From: Macrostomum lignano
Taxonomy: Eukaryota
NCBI GenBank assembly: GCA_002269645.1
Contig: NIVC01001886.1
Location: forward strand, 62,001 to 126,000
Reading direction: 5' to 3'
DNA: 64,000 nt
Shown: piece by piece, positions 24,530-37,885 of the stretch
Numbering within the stretch: position 1 is the first letter of the stretch
How the letters are laid out: every line of letters begins with the position of its first letter
Notes under the pieces: model-generated
What the model was told of the DNA's origin: nothing
Seen by the model: only the letters and a program-made list of their open reading frames with translations
Databases searched by the model: none
Translations under genes and position numbers: made by a program

Positions 24530-25340
24530 CTCCCCGAGCACTCCCAAAGCACTCCCAGAGCACTCCCATAGCACTCCCCGAGCACTCTCAGAGCACTCCC
24601 AAAGCACTCCCCAAACACTCCATTAGCACTCCCCAAACACTCCATTAGCACTCCTCGAACACTCTCAGAGCACTCCCGAGCACTCCTAGAACACTCTCTG
24701 AGCACTCCGAAAGCACTCCCCAAGCACTCTCATAGCACTCCTCGAACACTCTCAGAGCACCCTCCAAGCACTCCAAAAGCACTCCCCAAACACTCCCATA
24801 GCACTCCTCGAGCACTCTCCGAGCACTCCGAAAGCACTCCCCAAGCACTCTCATAGCACTCCTCGAGCATTCTCCGAGCACCCTCCGAGCACTCCGAAAG
24901 CACTCCCCAAGCACTCTCATAGCACTCCTCGAACACTCTCAGAGCACCCTCCAAGCACTCCAAAAGCACTCCCCAAACACTCCCATAGCACTCCTCGAGC
25001 ACTCTCCGAGCACTCCGAAAGCACTCCTCGAGCATTCTCCGAGCACCCTCCGAGCACTCCGAAAGCACTCCCCAAGCACTCTCATAGCACTCCTCGAGCA
25101 TTCTCCGAGCACTCCCCGAGCACTCCAAAAGCACTACCCAAACACTCTCATAGCACTCCTCGAGCACCCTCCGAGCACTCCGAAAGCACTCCCCAAGCAC
25201 TCTCATAGCACTCCTTGAACACTTTCAGAGCACCTCCCGAGCTCTTCCCGAGCACTCACCTAGAAACTTAAAAAAACTTTCTACAATAACCAGTGCCAAG
25301 CACTCCATAAGCATCTCGAGCAGTCCATCCCTAAACACTC
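24530..25340 (+). repeat. Degenerate roughly 12-bp array with an AGCACTC(C) core in robo intron 3
   Basis: Direct reading (GAGCACTCCCAAAGCACTCCCAGAGCACTCC...). Confidence 0.95.
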
Positions 25341-25417
25341 TCTGAGCAGTCCCTTAGCAGTCCCTGAGCTCAGGCACTCCATTAACTCAATCCCATCCCA
25401 CACCGCCACCGCCGCAG

Positions 25418-25868
25418 CTGTCACTCCCGAGGGGACGCCGGCATTCAGTCCGACGGTAGCGCCGTCTCCGACGTCTCCGACAAGTTAAAAGCGAATCCCG
25501 ACAAATTCGACAATGTCGATGCAGCTGACGATGCCGATGTTGACGATGTAGCCTCCATCGCAGCTGACGACGTTGCCGAGCGTCGCCGCCATCAACAGCA
25601 GCAGCCGCCGCGCCAGCAGCAACAGCAGCAGCACCGGCGACCGCTTCTGGGATCGGCCGGAGCCTCCGTTGACAGTCCCAGCTCGACTGACAACGGCTGT
25701 CACCAGCAGGACGTCAGGCGCGATGAACGTCGGCGCCGACGAAGCAAAGCTCGACGGCAGACCGACCGACCGCTGCCAGCGCCGCCCCCGCCGCCGCCAA
25801 CGTCAACGACAGTCTCAATAGCGCCGGCAGTCAAATTGTCTCAGCCGTTGTTGAGCAAAAAGATCTAA
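25418..25868 (+). CDS. robo: Roundabout-like receptor, last coding exon (cytoplasmic tail); not in the ORF track
   Basis: Acceptor GCCGCAG|C matches phase 2. The frame reads SCHSRGDAGIQSDG...HQQQQPPRQQQQQQ...RPLPAPPPPPPTS...LLSKKI to TAA at 25866-25868, and LPAPPPPPP resembles CC2. The four exons total 3723 nt, or 1240 aa plus stop. Confidence 0.75.
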
Positions 25869-25939
25869 CAATACGCTTTATTTTCTACTCGTCACTGTCA
25901 ATAAGTAGTCTGTACGAATTGTTCTACCATGAGCGAGTT

Positions 25940-26043
25940 TCATTTTATTTCATTTTATAAGTAATGGGCAAACGAAGGCCCTGCGCTTCAGCCCTGGAAG
26001 GGGCTCTTCCGCAACTGGTGTATTTTTGTTCCGATTAGTGTGA
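25940..26043 (-). mobile_element. 104-bp 5'-truncated retroposon (LINE/SINE 3' end) with a 19-bp TSD, about 70 nt after the robo stop codon
   Basis: GTTCTACCATGAGCGAGTT at 25921-25939 and 26044-26062 flanks an insert whose minus strand ends in an AAAATGAAATAAAATGA simple-repeat tail. Confidence 0.75.
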
Positions 26044-26882
26044 GTTCTACCATGAGCGAGTTGAAAAAAACGATTCCATTTTAACTCGCAATGTCCAGCT
26101 TCTAAATGCAACATTATTTTCGTAGAAATCCTTCAAGTTTCTTAACATGGAATTCTTGTTTACTGCATGCTCGAACAATCAGAGTTCAAGCCAGACAAAC
26201 TGCTTCAGGTGACCCGTCATCTTCCAACGTTTAACCTCTTTAATAAGCAATAGAGCTGTGCAAAAAGAGAAGTCCTTCTAGGTATAACATTGTTGCACAA
26301 CGTGAATGCTTTTATGGATCAAATAAACAGAGGCTTTCTTTCGATAAAACAAATTAAGACTTTCGATGGACTGCCTACTTACAGTTACTAGTAGACAGTT
26401 GCTTCTAATGGACATTTCAAGGTCAGCGGAACACGGTTTTAGATCCACGAGATCTCTGGGAAAGAAGTTCATGTGACGGCTGCCATGGAAATCTGGGAAT
26501 CTAGGGGTAGGGGAAGAAAGTGTGCTCAATTTTTCTAAGAAACGACTTTTTCAAGTTTCGATTACTAGGTCACAAAGGACGGCTAGGGTTTGCATGGTTT
26601 GAATGGTTTGCAATGAGAGTGCGGTGACCCGAGCGATCGAAAACAGGATGTGAGCAATTTTGGTTGAACTCGTTCTCGTGAAGTGATGATGGGTTTTAAA
26701 AATAGCAGACCCTGGTAATTATAGCCAAAATTTAGAGAAATTATAGCTTAGAAATATCAGTGTGCTGATAAATAGGACCATATTGTATAATACATGTTTA
26801 TTTTTCTCAGTTAATGCTGACTGTACGAACAATGTGAGATGATTCGGGAAAACATCAGGATAATGTCTGTCTGTCTGTGTGC

Positions 26883-28022
<1,140 letters not shown>

Positions 28023-28045
28023 CATCCAATAACACTCTCCCAGAT

Positions 28046-28835
28046 TCAGCGGGCCTCTCTCCCGCCGTTAGCCCTGACCGGCTCGCGGCTGGACGGCCTT
28101 CGAGCTGTCAGCCGCCGCAGATGCTCCGGCAGGCCGGTGCGGAAGGCGGCCCCGAAGGCGTACACCGCGAATCCCAGGCAGTGATTCAGCAGCTTAGCGT
28201 ACCGGGCCGACGTACACGCGATGGTCAGGATTCGAACTCCGAACGACGAGTTGACGAGTTCGGGGCCGGCCAGGGCCGTCGCCAGGCTGTACAGCAGGCC
28301 CCCGGTGACCAGGTAGTACGGCAGGTTCAGGCAGAGAAACAGCAGCAGGATGCGGACGACAGTGCGGCAGAGACGGCGGTTCTGGGCGGCAATCTGCCCG
28401 GCCGAGCCGCCGGCGCCGCCGCCAAGCTGGGCCAGCCGGTTTCTGGCCAGCCTGGCCAGCAGGCAGCAGCTAGTTGCCATGGCAACCAGCGGCGCGGCCG
28501 AGAACAGCAGCCAGCCCCACGAGAACCACAGTCGGAGCAGCTCACCGTCGGCTGGGTCGGAGGAGCGGCACAGCCGGACAGTCGAGCAGCCGCTGCCGTT
28601 GCCGACCCGGATGACGGCGAGTTGGCCGGTGGCCAGCGGCACAGAGTTGGCCAGGCAGGCGAGAGCGACCACCAGCAGGCAGCGAAGGCCGGCGGCCAGG
28701 CGGCGTCGACTATGGAGGCTGCCGGCGGCTGGCGCCGTCGGCGGCGCGCGAAGTCGGCAGTACCACTCCAGGCTGAGCGCGGCCAGCAGGCCGGAGGAAG
28801 CGCTGAACGCGCCTAGCGGGATGAAGAACCGGAGT
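28046..28835 (-). CDS. Class A (rhodopsin-like) orphan/peptide GPCR, exon 2 (TM3-TM7 and C-terminus)
   Basis: Acceptor CCCCAG|A completes C-K-LRFFIPL. TM3 ends LAALSLEWYC; TM5 LLFSAAPLVAM; TM6 LLLFLCLNLPYY; TM7 LLNHCLGFAVY. Stop at 28046-28048. The two exons total 1137 nt (378 aa). Confidence 0.85.
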
Positions 28836-28914
28836 CTGGGGCGAAGCAACATATAGTTGAGGATATAGATTGGATTGGCATAAGCCTGGTCTTTTGCGGG
28901 ATAAGCGTGATACA

Positions 28915-29125
28915 TCTAATCCAGTAGCTTCATCGTATCTCATACGCTCGTATCCCTATCTAATCTCACATCCAAATCCAATCTCACATCCTGATATAAT
29001 CTCACACCCTAATACAATCTCACATGCCTTATCTAATCTCACATCCCAATCTAATCTAATGTCTATTATCTAATCTCACATGCCTTGTCTAATCTCACAT
29101 CCAAATCTAACATCGCATCCTGTAT
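28915..29125 (+). repeat. Degenerate intronic repeat with a CTAATCTCACA core (inverse of the 29520-30150 array)
   Basis: At least seven TAATCTCACA-like motifs inside the GPCR intron (28836-29175). Confidence 0.8.
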
Positions 29126-29175
29126 CTAATATCGGATCCCTATCTTATCTGTCATCATCGTCTGATCCCTCTCAC

Positions 29176-29522
29176 TTGCACTCCAGCTGCGTGGCGGGGT
29201 ACAGGACCCCCAGAGTGAGGAGAATCTCCCAGCACAGGCTGCCAATGGACGCCAGATCCGCCAGGGACAGCGCGAAGAAGAAGGTGAACACCGGCGATCG
29301 CCGAAGCGGCTTCGCCCGCAGCATCACCCCGATGCCGAAGCTGTTGCCTAGCGCGCCAACGACGGCAAGGCAGGACATCGCCGCCACGGCCAGAGGTGCC
29401 GACAGCAACTCCGCTTGGGGACAGTCAGGCGGAGGAGTCGATTCGAGGTCGGCCAGGTCGAACTTCGATGCTAGCGGCGCCGCCGAGGCTGAGGTGCTGG
29501 ACCTCGAAGTGGGGTTAGACAT
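29176..29522 (-). CDS. Class A GPCR, exon 1 (N-terminus, TM1, TM2, ECL1 Cys)
   Basis: TM1 LAVVGALGNSF (GN motif) and TM2 FFALSLADL (LxxxD). Donor AA|GTGAG at 29175, phase 2, matches the exon 2 acceptor. Confidence 0.85.
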
Positions 29523-30150
29523 GGGTTTGAGATTCGATTTTTAGATGGGACTAGACAAGGGTGTGAGATTAGATTTGTAGATGGGACTAGACAAGGTTGT
29601 GAGATTAGATTTGTAGATGGGACTAGACAAGGGTGTGAGATTAGATTTGTAGATGGAACTAAACAAGGGTTTGAGATTAAATTTGCAAATTGAACTAGAC
29701 ATGGGGTGTGAGATTAGATTTGTAGATGAGATTTTTAGTGTATTAGATTATACAAGGGTGTGAGATTAGATTTGTAAATGCGACTAGATATGGGTGTGAG
29801 ATTAGATTTGTAGATGGGACTAAACAAGGGTGTGAGATTAAATTTGCAAATGGGACTAGACATGGGTGTGAGATTAGATTGTAGATGAGAGTTTTAGTGT
29901 ATTAGATTAGACAAGGGTGTGAGATTAGATTTGTAGATGGGATTAGACATGGGTGTGAGATTAGATTTATAAATGCGACTAGACATGGGTGTGAGACTAG
30001 ATTTGTAGATGGGACTAGACAAGGGTGTGAGATTAGATTTGTAAATGCGACTAGACATGGGTGTAAGATTAGATTTGTAGATGAGATTTTTAGTATATTA
30101 GATTAGACATGGGTGTGAGATTAGATTTGTAGTTGGGACTAGTTAAGGAT
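29520..30150 (+). repeat. About 36-bp minisatellite (GGGTGTGAGATTAGATTTGTAGATGGGACTAGACAA), about 16 copies, abutting the GPCR start codon
   Basis: Direct reading, with occasional longer variants. Confidence 0.95.
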
Positions 30151-30636
30151 GTGAGATTTGATGCATTGAAATAGCTAAGTTTTATGTTGACATCATGTCT
30201 CTGAATTAAATAATTTAATGTGACTGCATAGTGTAAAAGGTTATGATTAGATTACTAGACTAGATTACGAAGCAGAATGAGATCAGATTTTGATCAAATT
30301 AAAGAGTAGAGAAAAATGCTGGACAGAACAAATTTTATTTATTTTGTAAAAAAACTTACCAAATAAAGTTTAATAAACTGGGCATTTCAAAGCCAATGAG
30401 TGATGGAATCATTGAGTTATGATGCACATTACATCTAGACACCAAAAGCAAAACATCAAGAATTTATAGAACTGGAATTCAAAATTAATTCAATTTTTTA
30501 TTTATCCATTTGCTCTGACAGTCATGTCCAATAAGAAATAGTAAGTTGACTTTGCTCATACATGTCCTATTTGTCCTACTGTCCATGTCAGTAGGTAGAC
30601 AGGAGTATAGCTGAGTCAATACAGAAATAATTTCAA

Positions 30637-31188
30637 AATCATTGCAGAATCATTGCAGAACCATTGCAGAATCATTGCAGAATCATAGCAGAATCATTGC
30701 AGAATCATTGCAGAATAATTTCAGAATCATTGCAGAATCATTGCAGAATCATTGCAGAATCATTGCAGAATCATTGCAGAATCATTGCAGAATCATTGCA
30801 GAATCATTGCAGAATCATTGCAGAATCATTGCAGAATCATAGCAGAATCATTGCAGAATCATTGCAGAATAATTTCAGAATCATAGCAGAATCATTGCAG
30901 AATCATTGCAGAATCATTGCAGAATCATTGTAGAATCATTGCTGAATAATTTCAGAATCATTGCAGAATCATTGCAGAATCATTGCAGAATCATAGCAGA
31001 ATCATAGCTGAATCATAGCTGAATCATAGCTGAATCATAGCTGAATCATAGCTGAATCATTGCAGAATCATTGCAGAATCATAGCAGAATCATAGCTGAA
31101 TCATAGCTGAATCATAGCTGAATCATAGCTGAATCATAGCTGAATCATAGCTGAATCATAGCTGAATCATAGCTGAGTCATAGCTGAA
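30637..31188 (+). repeat. 11-bp array grading from (TCATTGCAGAA)n to (TCATAGCTGAA)n
   Basis: Direct reading. Confidence 0.97.
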
Positions 31189-31196
31189 CTCCGAAT

Positions 31197-31532
31197 TCAG
31201 TGCTTAGGTTTTGTGCTTTGCGTCTCGGCTGAAGCCTTGATAGCATTGGCCAGAATCCTGTACCCAGCCTGCTTGGCGAAGATCTCCTGCACCAATTCGA
31301 ATTCTTCCCAAGGGAAAAATTCCTCCAAATCGAACACGACGTCATCTCTGAAGACGATGGCGAATCCAATCTGCGGCTGCGACTGGCACCAGTCTACCGA
31401 TATGTTGAGCGGCAACTCGTATTTCTCCATCATGCACTGGAATAGTCGGACCAACTGAGCCGCTTCCGGTATCGTTGGGGAGAAGTACACGTACAGTTTA
31501 ATTGGCACCAGCAGCTCCGGTTCCTTCTCCAT
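31197..31532 (-). CDS. 111-aa protein; probable SelW/MIEN1 (Rdx, thioredoxin-like) family member lacking CxxC/CxxU
   Basis: Non-repetitive ORF with GC3-rich codons and a splice acceptor (TTTCTTTTTATCGTCAG) 22 nt upstream of the ATG. Manual alignment to MIEN1: IKLYVYF/VRIVVEY, EKY/EQY, FAIVFRDDVVF/FEIEINGQLVF, EEFFPWEEFELVQEI/ENGGFPYEKDLIEAI. The family call is by eye only. Confidence 0.6.
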   Translation of the reverse strand: MEKEPELLVPIKLYVYFSPTIPEAAQLVRLFQCMMEKYELPLNISVDWCQSQPQIGFAIVFRDDVVFDLEEFFPWEEFELVQEIFAKQAGYRILANAIKASAETQSTKPKH

Positions 31533-31924
31533 GCCGAGCCTAGCAGCGCTTGATCTGACGATAAAAAGAAAGCCCAGTTCACTGCAGCGGAAACTCGGCC
31601 TTTCACCCGGCCATAGACTATTTATAGACTAGAAAAAGTCTTATCTAATACTGTTCTAAAAATAGCTTTCCATAGACAGTCAACTCGTCAAATGTCAGAG
31701 CAAAACTCAAGCAAAATTACAGACGTTGTCAACTTTTCAAAGCGTTTCGCTTCTCTCGAACACTATCTGTGGTAGGCTAAACAAAATTTGACGCAATGCA
31801 TTCCATGAATCAATTTTGAGAACATAGCTCGTACAGTACCTTCAGATATATTTTTGTTCGTTAAAGGCTTTTTAAAACTTTTCTAGTCAATGTTACATGT
31901 AAATCAATCTATTATCAATACATG

Positions 31925-33498
<1,574 letters not shown>

Positions 33499-33967
33499 TA
33501 CCAGCACTCTCCAGCTCTCAATCTCTAAGCTGCATTCACCCGCTCCAGCGGTAACTGAGATCCGCTGAGCCGCACGCATGGCTGGTCAAATACAAGAAAC
33601 TACTCACTGCCAGCTCTGCAGCACACGATGCGGTCGGCTGCTGCAAAAAATTGCGGCTAGCCGTCTCTTCGCTGAGCATCACTAGTTGCCAAGCAAATTA
33701 CGATTGGCTGTTATGCCACTGTAAGCTCTATTTGTGTCAGTAGGGAGTCAGCAGCTTTCAGATTGCCATGGTAGAGAAAAAATACAAAAAGATAATGTAA
33801 TGGCCTTTATTTTCTTCTGAAATGTCTGTCACAGTCACAAACTGGGAGCGTAACTGGTTACGCTTTAATCCTTAATCCTATCCGACGAATAACCCTTTGT
33901 TTAGCGAATAAACTATTCAAGTCTACAGAGCTTTAATAAAAAGAGCTCCAACCCAAAATACTCTGCA

Positions 33968-34097
33968 CTCCAATCCCACACACTCCAATCCCACACAATC
34001 CAATCCTACACACTCCAATCCCACACACTCCAATCCCACACACTCCAATCCCACACACTCCAATCCTACACATTCCAATCCCACACACTCCAATCCC
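33968..34097 (+). repeat. 15-bp minisatellite (CACACTCCAATCCCA)n, left part (LINE target array)
   Basis: Direct reading. The same unit resumes at 37027. Confidence 0.95.
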
Positions 34098-37026
34098 TTA
34101 CTTACTTACTTAGCTGCAGGGCTGTCCCGGAGGGGACACAGCGGGAAGGCGCGGGCGCCCATTCCGCTAGTCCCTGAACGGCCGACGCGTCGCTATGGAC
34201 GGAGGGTTGGCGCCGCCCAGGGAGGTCCCCCAGTGTCGCCAGCAGCTATGGTGCTCTCTGGAAAGGAGAGTTCAGCCCTGCGGGTGGCCCGAAGGTAGCG
34301 CATGAGCTGATTAAAGTTTTCGGGTTTGCACGCTTCAGTAATAGATGTGTGTGGCCCGAGGTAAGTGAGTCTGGCCCGTTGAGAAGTTGACATGTTGAGA
34401 AGTTTGATACAGTCGAGGACTGTAGCAGAGTTGGTGCTGCAGCCACTGATGGCGTGCAAGGCAGCTTGGCTGTCCGAATGGAAAATGATGTTCTTACCAG
34501 TAACGCCAGTGGCGAGAAGCTCTGCAGTGCAGGAGCTGATGGCCAGAACTTCATTTTGGAAAACACTGGAGTTGACCCCAGTGTATTGAGCGTGGGTAGC
34601 GATGACCCTCCCGTTCAGAAAGATTCCAACACCAAAGCCGGTGTTGGCTGACTGCTTAGAACCGTCGGTGTAGCAATGAAGCTCACCAAGGTTCCATTGG
34701 TCATTGATGTTATCGCGCGAGTCGATAGCTACGGAGTAGCGCTGTCTCAGGTTGAGCGTTGAGGCAATGCGATCGGTGAAGACGCGATTGGCCTGACACT
34801 CGTTGAGAAAGTTGAGGCACAGGTCGCTATGCGGGACAAGGTTCCGCTTAGCAGGTGCTCTCATGTAAATGAATTTGACGCCGGCATCAATTAGACGCCG
34901 CGTCGTTCTAGCCGCCTCACCCCTGACGAAGAGGTCAAGAGGCGGTAGATTAAGGAAGGCCCCCATGCCAGCAAAGGGCGTGGACCTGGTGGCGTTGCAG
35001 ATAAGCCTACACGCTCTGCCTTGGATCGTGTTGAGCAGGTCTGCATGGCTTTTGACCTGGGTAGCGCTAACCCAGACAACAAAACGTACGTAATGGCAGG
35101 TCTAACTACGGAAGTATAGATCCACCAAAGCCGCTTTGGGGATAGACCCCAAGAAGTGCCAAGTGCTCGTCGGAGCTGGGCCAGGATGGCTGAGGCACGC
35201 TTGACTTTTGCTTTCACGTGGAAGGACCAGTTGAGCCGGTGGTCAAGTGTGACCCCGAGACATCTGGTCTGGTGCGCGAAGGCAATATCTCTGCCGTAGA
35301 GCTGCAAAGGACGTATGTTCCAGCGTAGTCTGCTGGTAAACATAATGGCAACGGTTTTGGGCTCAGAGAGTTCCAGACCATTGTCATTGGCCCAGGATTC
35401 TGCTTTGCGGATAAAGCTCTGCATCAGATCCCTGAGCGTGCTGGGAGACGGTCCTGCCACAATGGCCGTGACGTCATCAGCATACCCGACTTTGAAGACG
35501 GGGTCGGGTCGGGAGTCACTCAAAAGAGCGTCCATGACCAGGTTCCAGAGCGTCGGGGTGAGGACTCTGCCTTGGGGTCCACCCTTACAGACTCTGGTGG
35601 AGGCAGTTTGCCCAAGAAGTTGGGCAGTGACGTACGGTTGGAGATCATGTACATTTTGAAGGGCCCTCTGAAACGCTTCAAAGATAACGTTGTCGAAGGC
35701 GCCAACAATGTCAAGAAAGAGAGCCAGGGCGTAACCGTCACCCAGTACCGCCCGTTCAATCTTCTCGACAATCGCATGCAGGGCGCTGTCAGTCGACCTC
35801 CCGGTACGGAAGGCGTGCTGATTATTGCTGAGGGGCATCGCTGTCAGCTCGCAGGACAGCAGCCGCCAGAGAATAAGCCTCTCAGTGAGCTTAAGCATTG
35901 CTGACGTTAAGCTAATTGGCCGGAAGGCCTTGACGCTCTGGTAGTCACCCTTCCCAGGTTTGGGAATAAAGACTACCCGAGCTTCAGTCCAGCATTTGGG
36001 AACGTATCCCAGCTGGATAGAGGCCCGCATAAGATTGCGGGTGAGTCTCAGGAACGAGGGTATCTTGGCTGCTTCACGAAGGAGAACAGGGTAGATACCA
36101 TCAGGTCCAGGAGATTTGAAGGGTTTGAAGGTTCTGAGCGCACGAGCGATTAGGTCTTCAGTGACAATGCCCGCCGCTAGGGTGGCTCCATCCATCGAAT
36201 GGTTGGGCTCCGGTCTAGCAGTAGGTACCCTCGGGAAGAATGTGCTAAGCATATGCTGAAGCACTTCTTCAGGGTCTTTAGTAAGAGAGCCATCATCTTT
36301 TTTGATCATGGCTAATTTGGACATTTTGTCCATTGTAAGGGCCTTGACAAGCCTAGAAGTAGGTCTGTCTTGATCCAATTCATTGCAGAATTGGCGCCAC
36401 TTACATTCCTTGGCCTTGCGCACTTCAGATTTGAAATTGCGGGAGGCTTGCCGGAAAAGCTCCATGTCCTCCGGGTTTCCGGTCTTCATGGCACGGCGAT
36501 GAAGGCTTTTGGCCTTCCGCCGAGTTTCCCCAGCTCCGGGTTCCACCACGGCGCCGAGGTCTAGCCTTTGTAGGCGCGAGCAGGACAAGCCGCTTCGTAG
36601 GCTGTAATAATGCAACCTGTCAGCGTCTCAGCCATATGATCCACATCCTCGCAGGTCTCAATCGGACGTAAGTCCGTGAGTTCCTGCAGGTGCAGATCAA
36701 GGGCAGCTTTGTAGGCCGCCCAATCAGTGTTGCGGATATTGCGCCTCCAAGTGATCGGAGACTGGGTTTTAGTGTCCGCGATGTTAAAGGCGATAAAGCA
36801 GTGGTCAGACAGGGAGGGCTCCTCAGACCAGACTCTCCACTCCTCAACTCTGTCAAAGAGTCTTGGGGTAACGAGTGTGGCGTCGAGGACCTCGGTCCAT
36901 CTGCCATTATTAAAGGTAGGAGTGCTGCCGCGGTTGCAGAGCATGAGGTTTGTGTTAGAGATGAGGGCCAGAAGCTCCTCTCCTCTAGTGTTGGTATCTT
37001 TGCTGCCCCAGTGCGTGTGATGCGCG
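34098..37026 (-). mobile_element. Inactive 5'-truncated non-LTR retrotransposon (APE endonuclease C-half, RT, RNase H; most like the Loa/R1 group) with a (TAAG)n tail
   Basis: APE remnant AHHTHWGS..NTRG..LCN..PTF..LDATL. RT motifs KSPGPDG, RPISLTS, LDIVGAFD, PQG, YADD, LGVTLD, WGLSPK. RNase H motifs YTDGSK, SVFQNE, SDSQAAL. Lesions: in-frame TAG at 36561-36563, frameshifts near 36520 and 35085, and loss of the RNase H C-terminus. Apparent 9-bp TSD TCCAATCCC at 34089-34097 and 37027-37035. Confidence 0.92.
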
Positions 37027-37225
37027 TCCAATCCCACACACTCCAATCCTACACACTCCAATCCCACACACTCCAATCCCACACACTCCAATCCTACACA
37101 CTCCAATCCCACACACTCCAGTCCCACACACTCCAATCCCACACTCCAGTCCCACACACTCCAATCCTAAACACTCCAATCCCACACACTCCAGTCCCAC
37201 ACACTCCAATCCCACACTCCAATTC
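37027..37225 (+). repeat. 15-bp minisatellite (CACACTCCAATCCCA)n, right part
   Basis: Direct reading. It produces the spurious VGLEC repeats in ORF 36561-37157. Confidence 0.95.
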
Positions 37226-37754
37226 CAAAGTAACTCATAATTTATTGCCTGAATCGCAAAGTCTGCTCAAAGAATTTCCAGCTACAGTCGCCACAGAGAG
37301 AAGTCCCAGCATCGCAGCTAATTCACTAAATGTCTAAATAAAGGCAATTTGATCAGAAGCAGAAAAGATGTAAAGAAACAGAGCAAAGAACATGCAAAGA
37401 ATAATCGGGCACAAAGAGTGACTAAATTGAGCCTGTTTGCGTGAACCATTTCTACTCACTCGATTCGGCCACCCTTATACAGAAGATCTCATTACCCTAG
37501 TAGCCTAAGTTTTGCGTTTTCTCAGTAATTATTAGCTAACTGATACTTTGTGTAGTACCGGCAAATTTTAATTATCAGTGCCAGGAGTCTCTCTCTGAAG
37601 CACGGTTGACCTGACCTCAACCGATGAGACAGACGCATCAGACGTATCAGTTTACCAAGTTTCCTGCCAAAAATACACATTAGAGTTTCCGGAAACTCAC
37701 CAATGTCAGCAGCTTGTTGCTATTACGATATTAGCGAAACAAACAACTGACGCT

Positions 37755-37778
37755 GATTGGCTGAGCCCAGCAGCCAAT
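37755..37778. promoter_or_regulatory. Pair of opposed CCAAT boxes (ATTGGCTG...CAGCCAAT) about 110-130 nt upstream of the GPCR ATG
   Basis: Perfect 8-bp inverted repeat containing the NF-Y core in both orientations. Function is inferred from position only. Confidence 0.3.
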
Positions 37779-37885
37779 GCCGGCTGCGGCTTGGGCAGAA
37801 TAATAATGAACTCCGCTTGCCACATGGCTGAGTCAACTCACTCAGCTAACCGGCCTTGCCTATTCAACTCCGAACAGCTGTCGAC

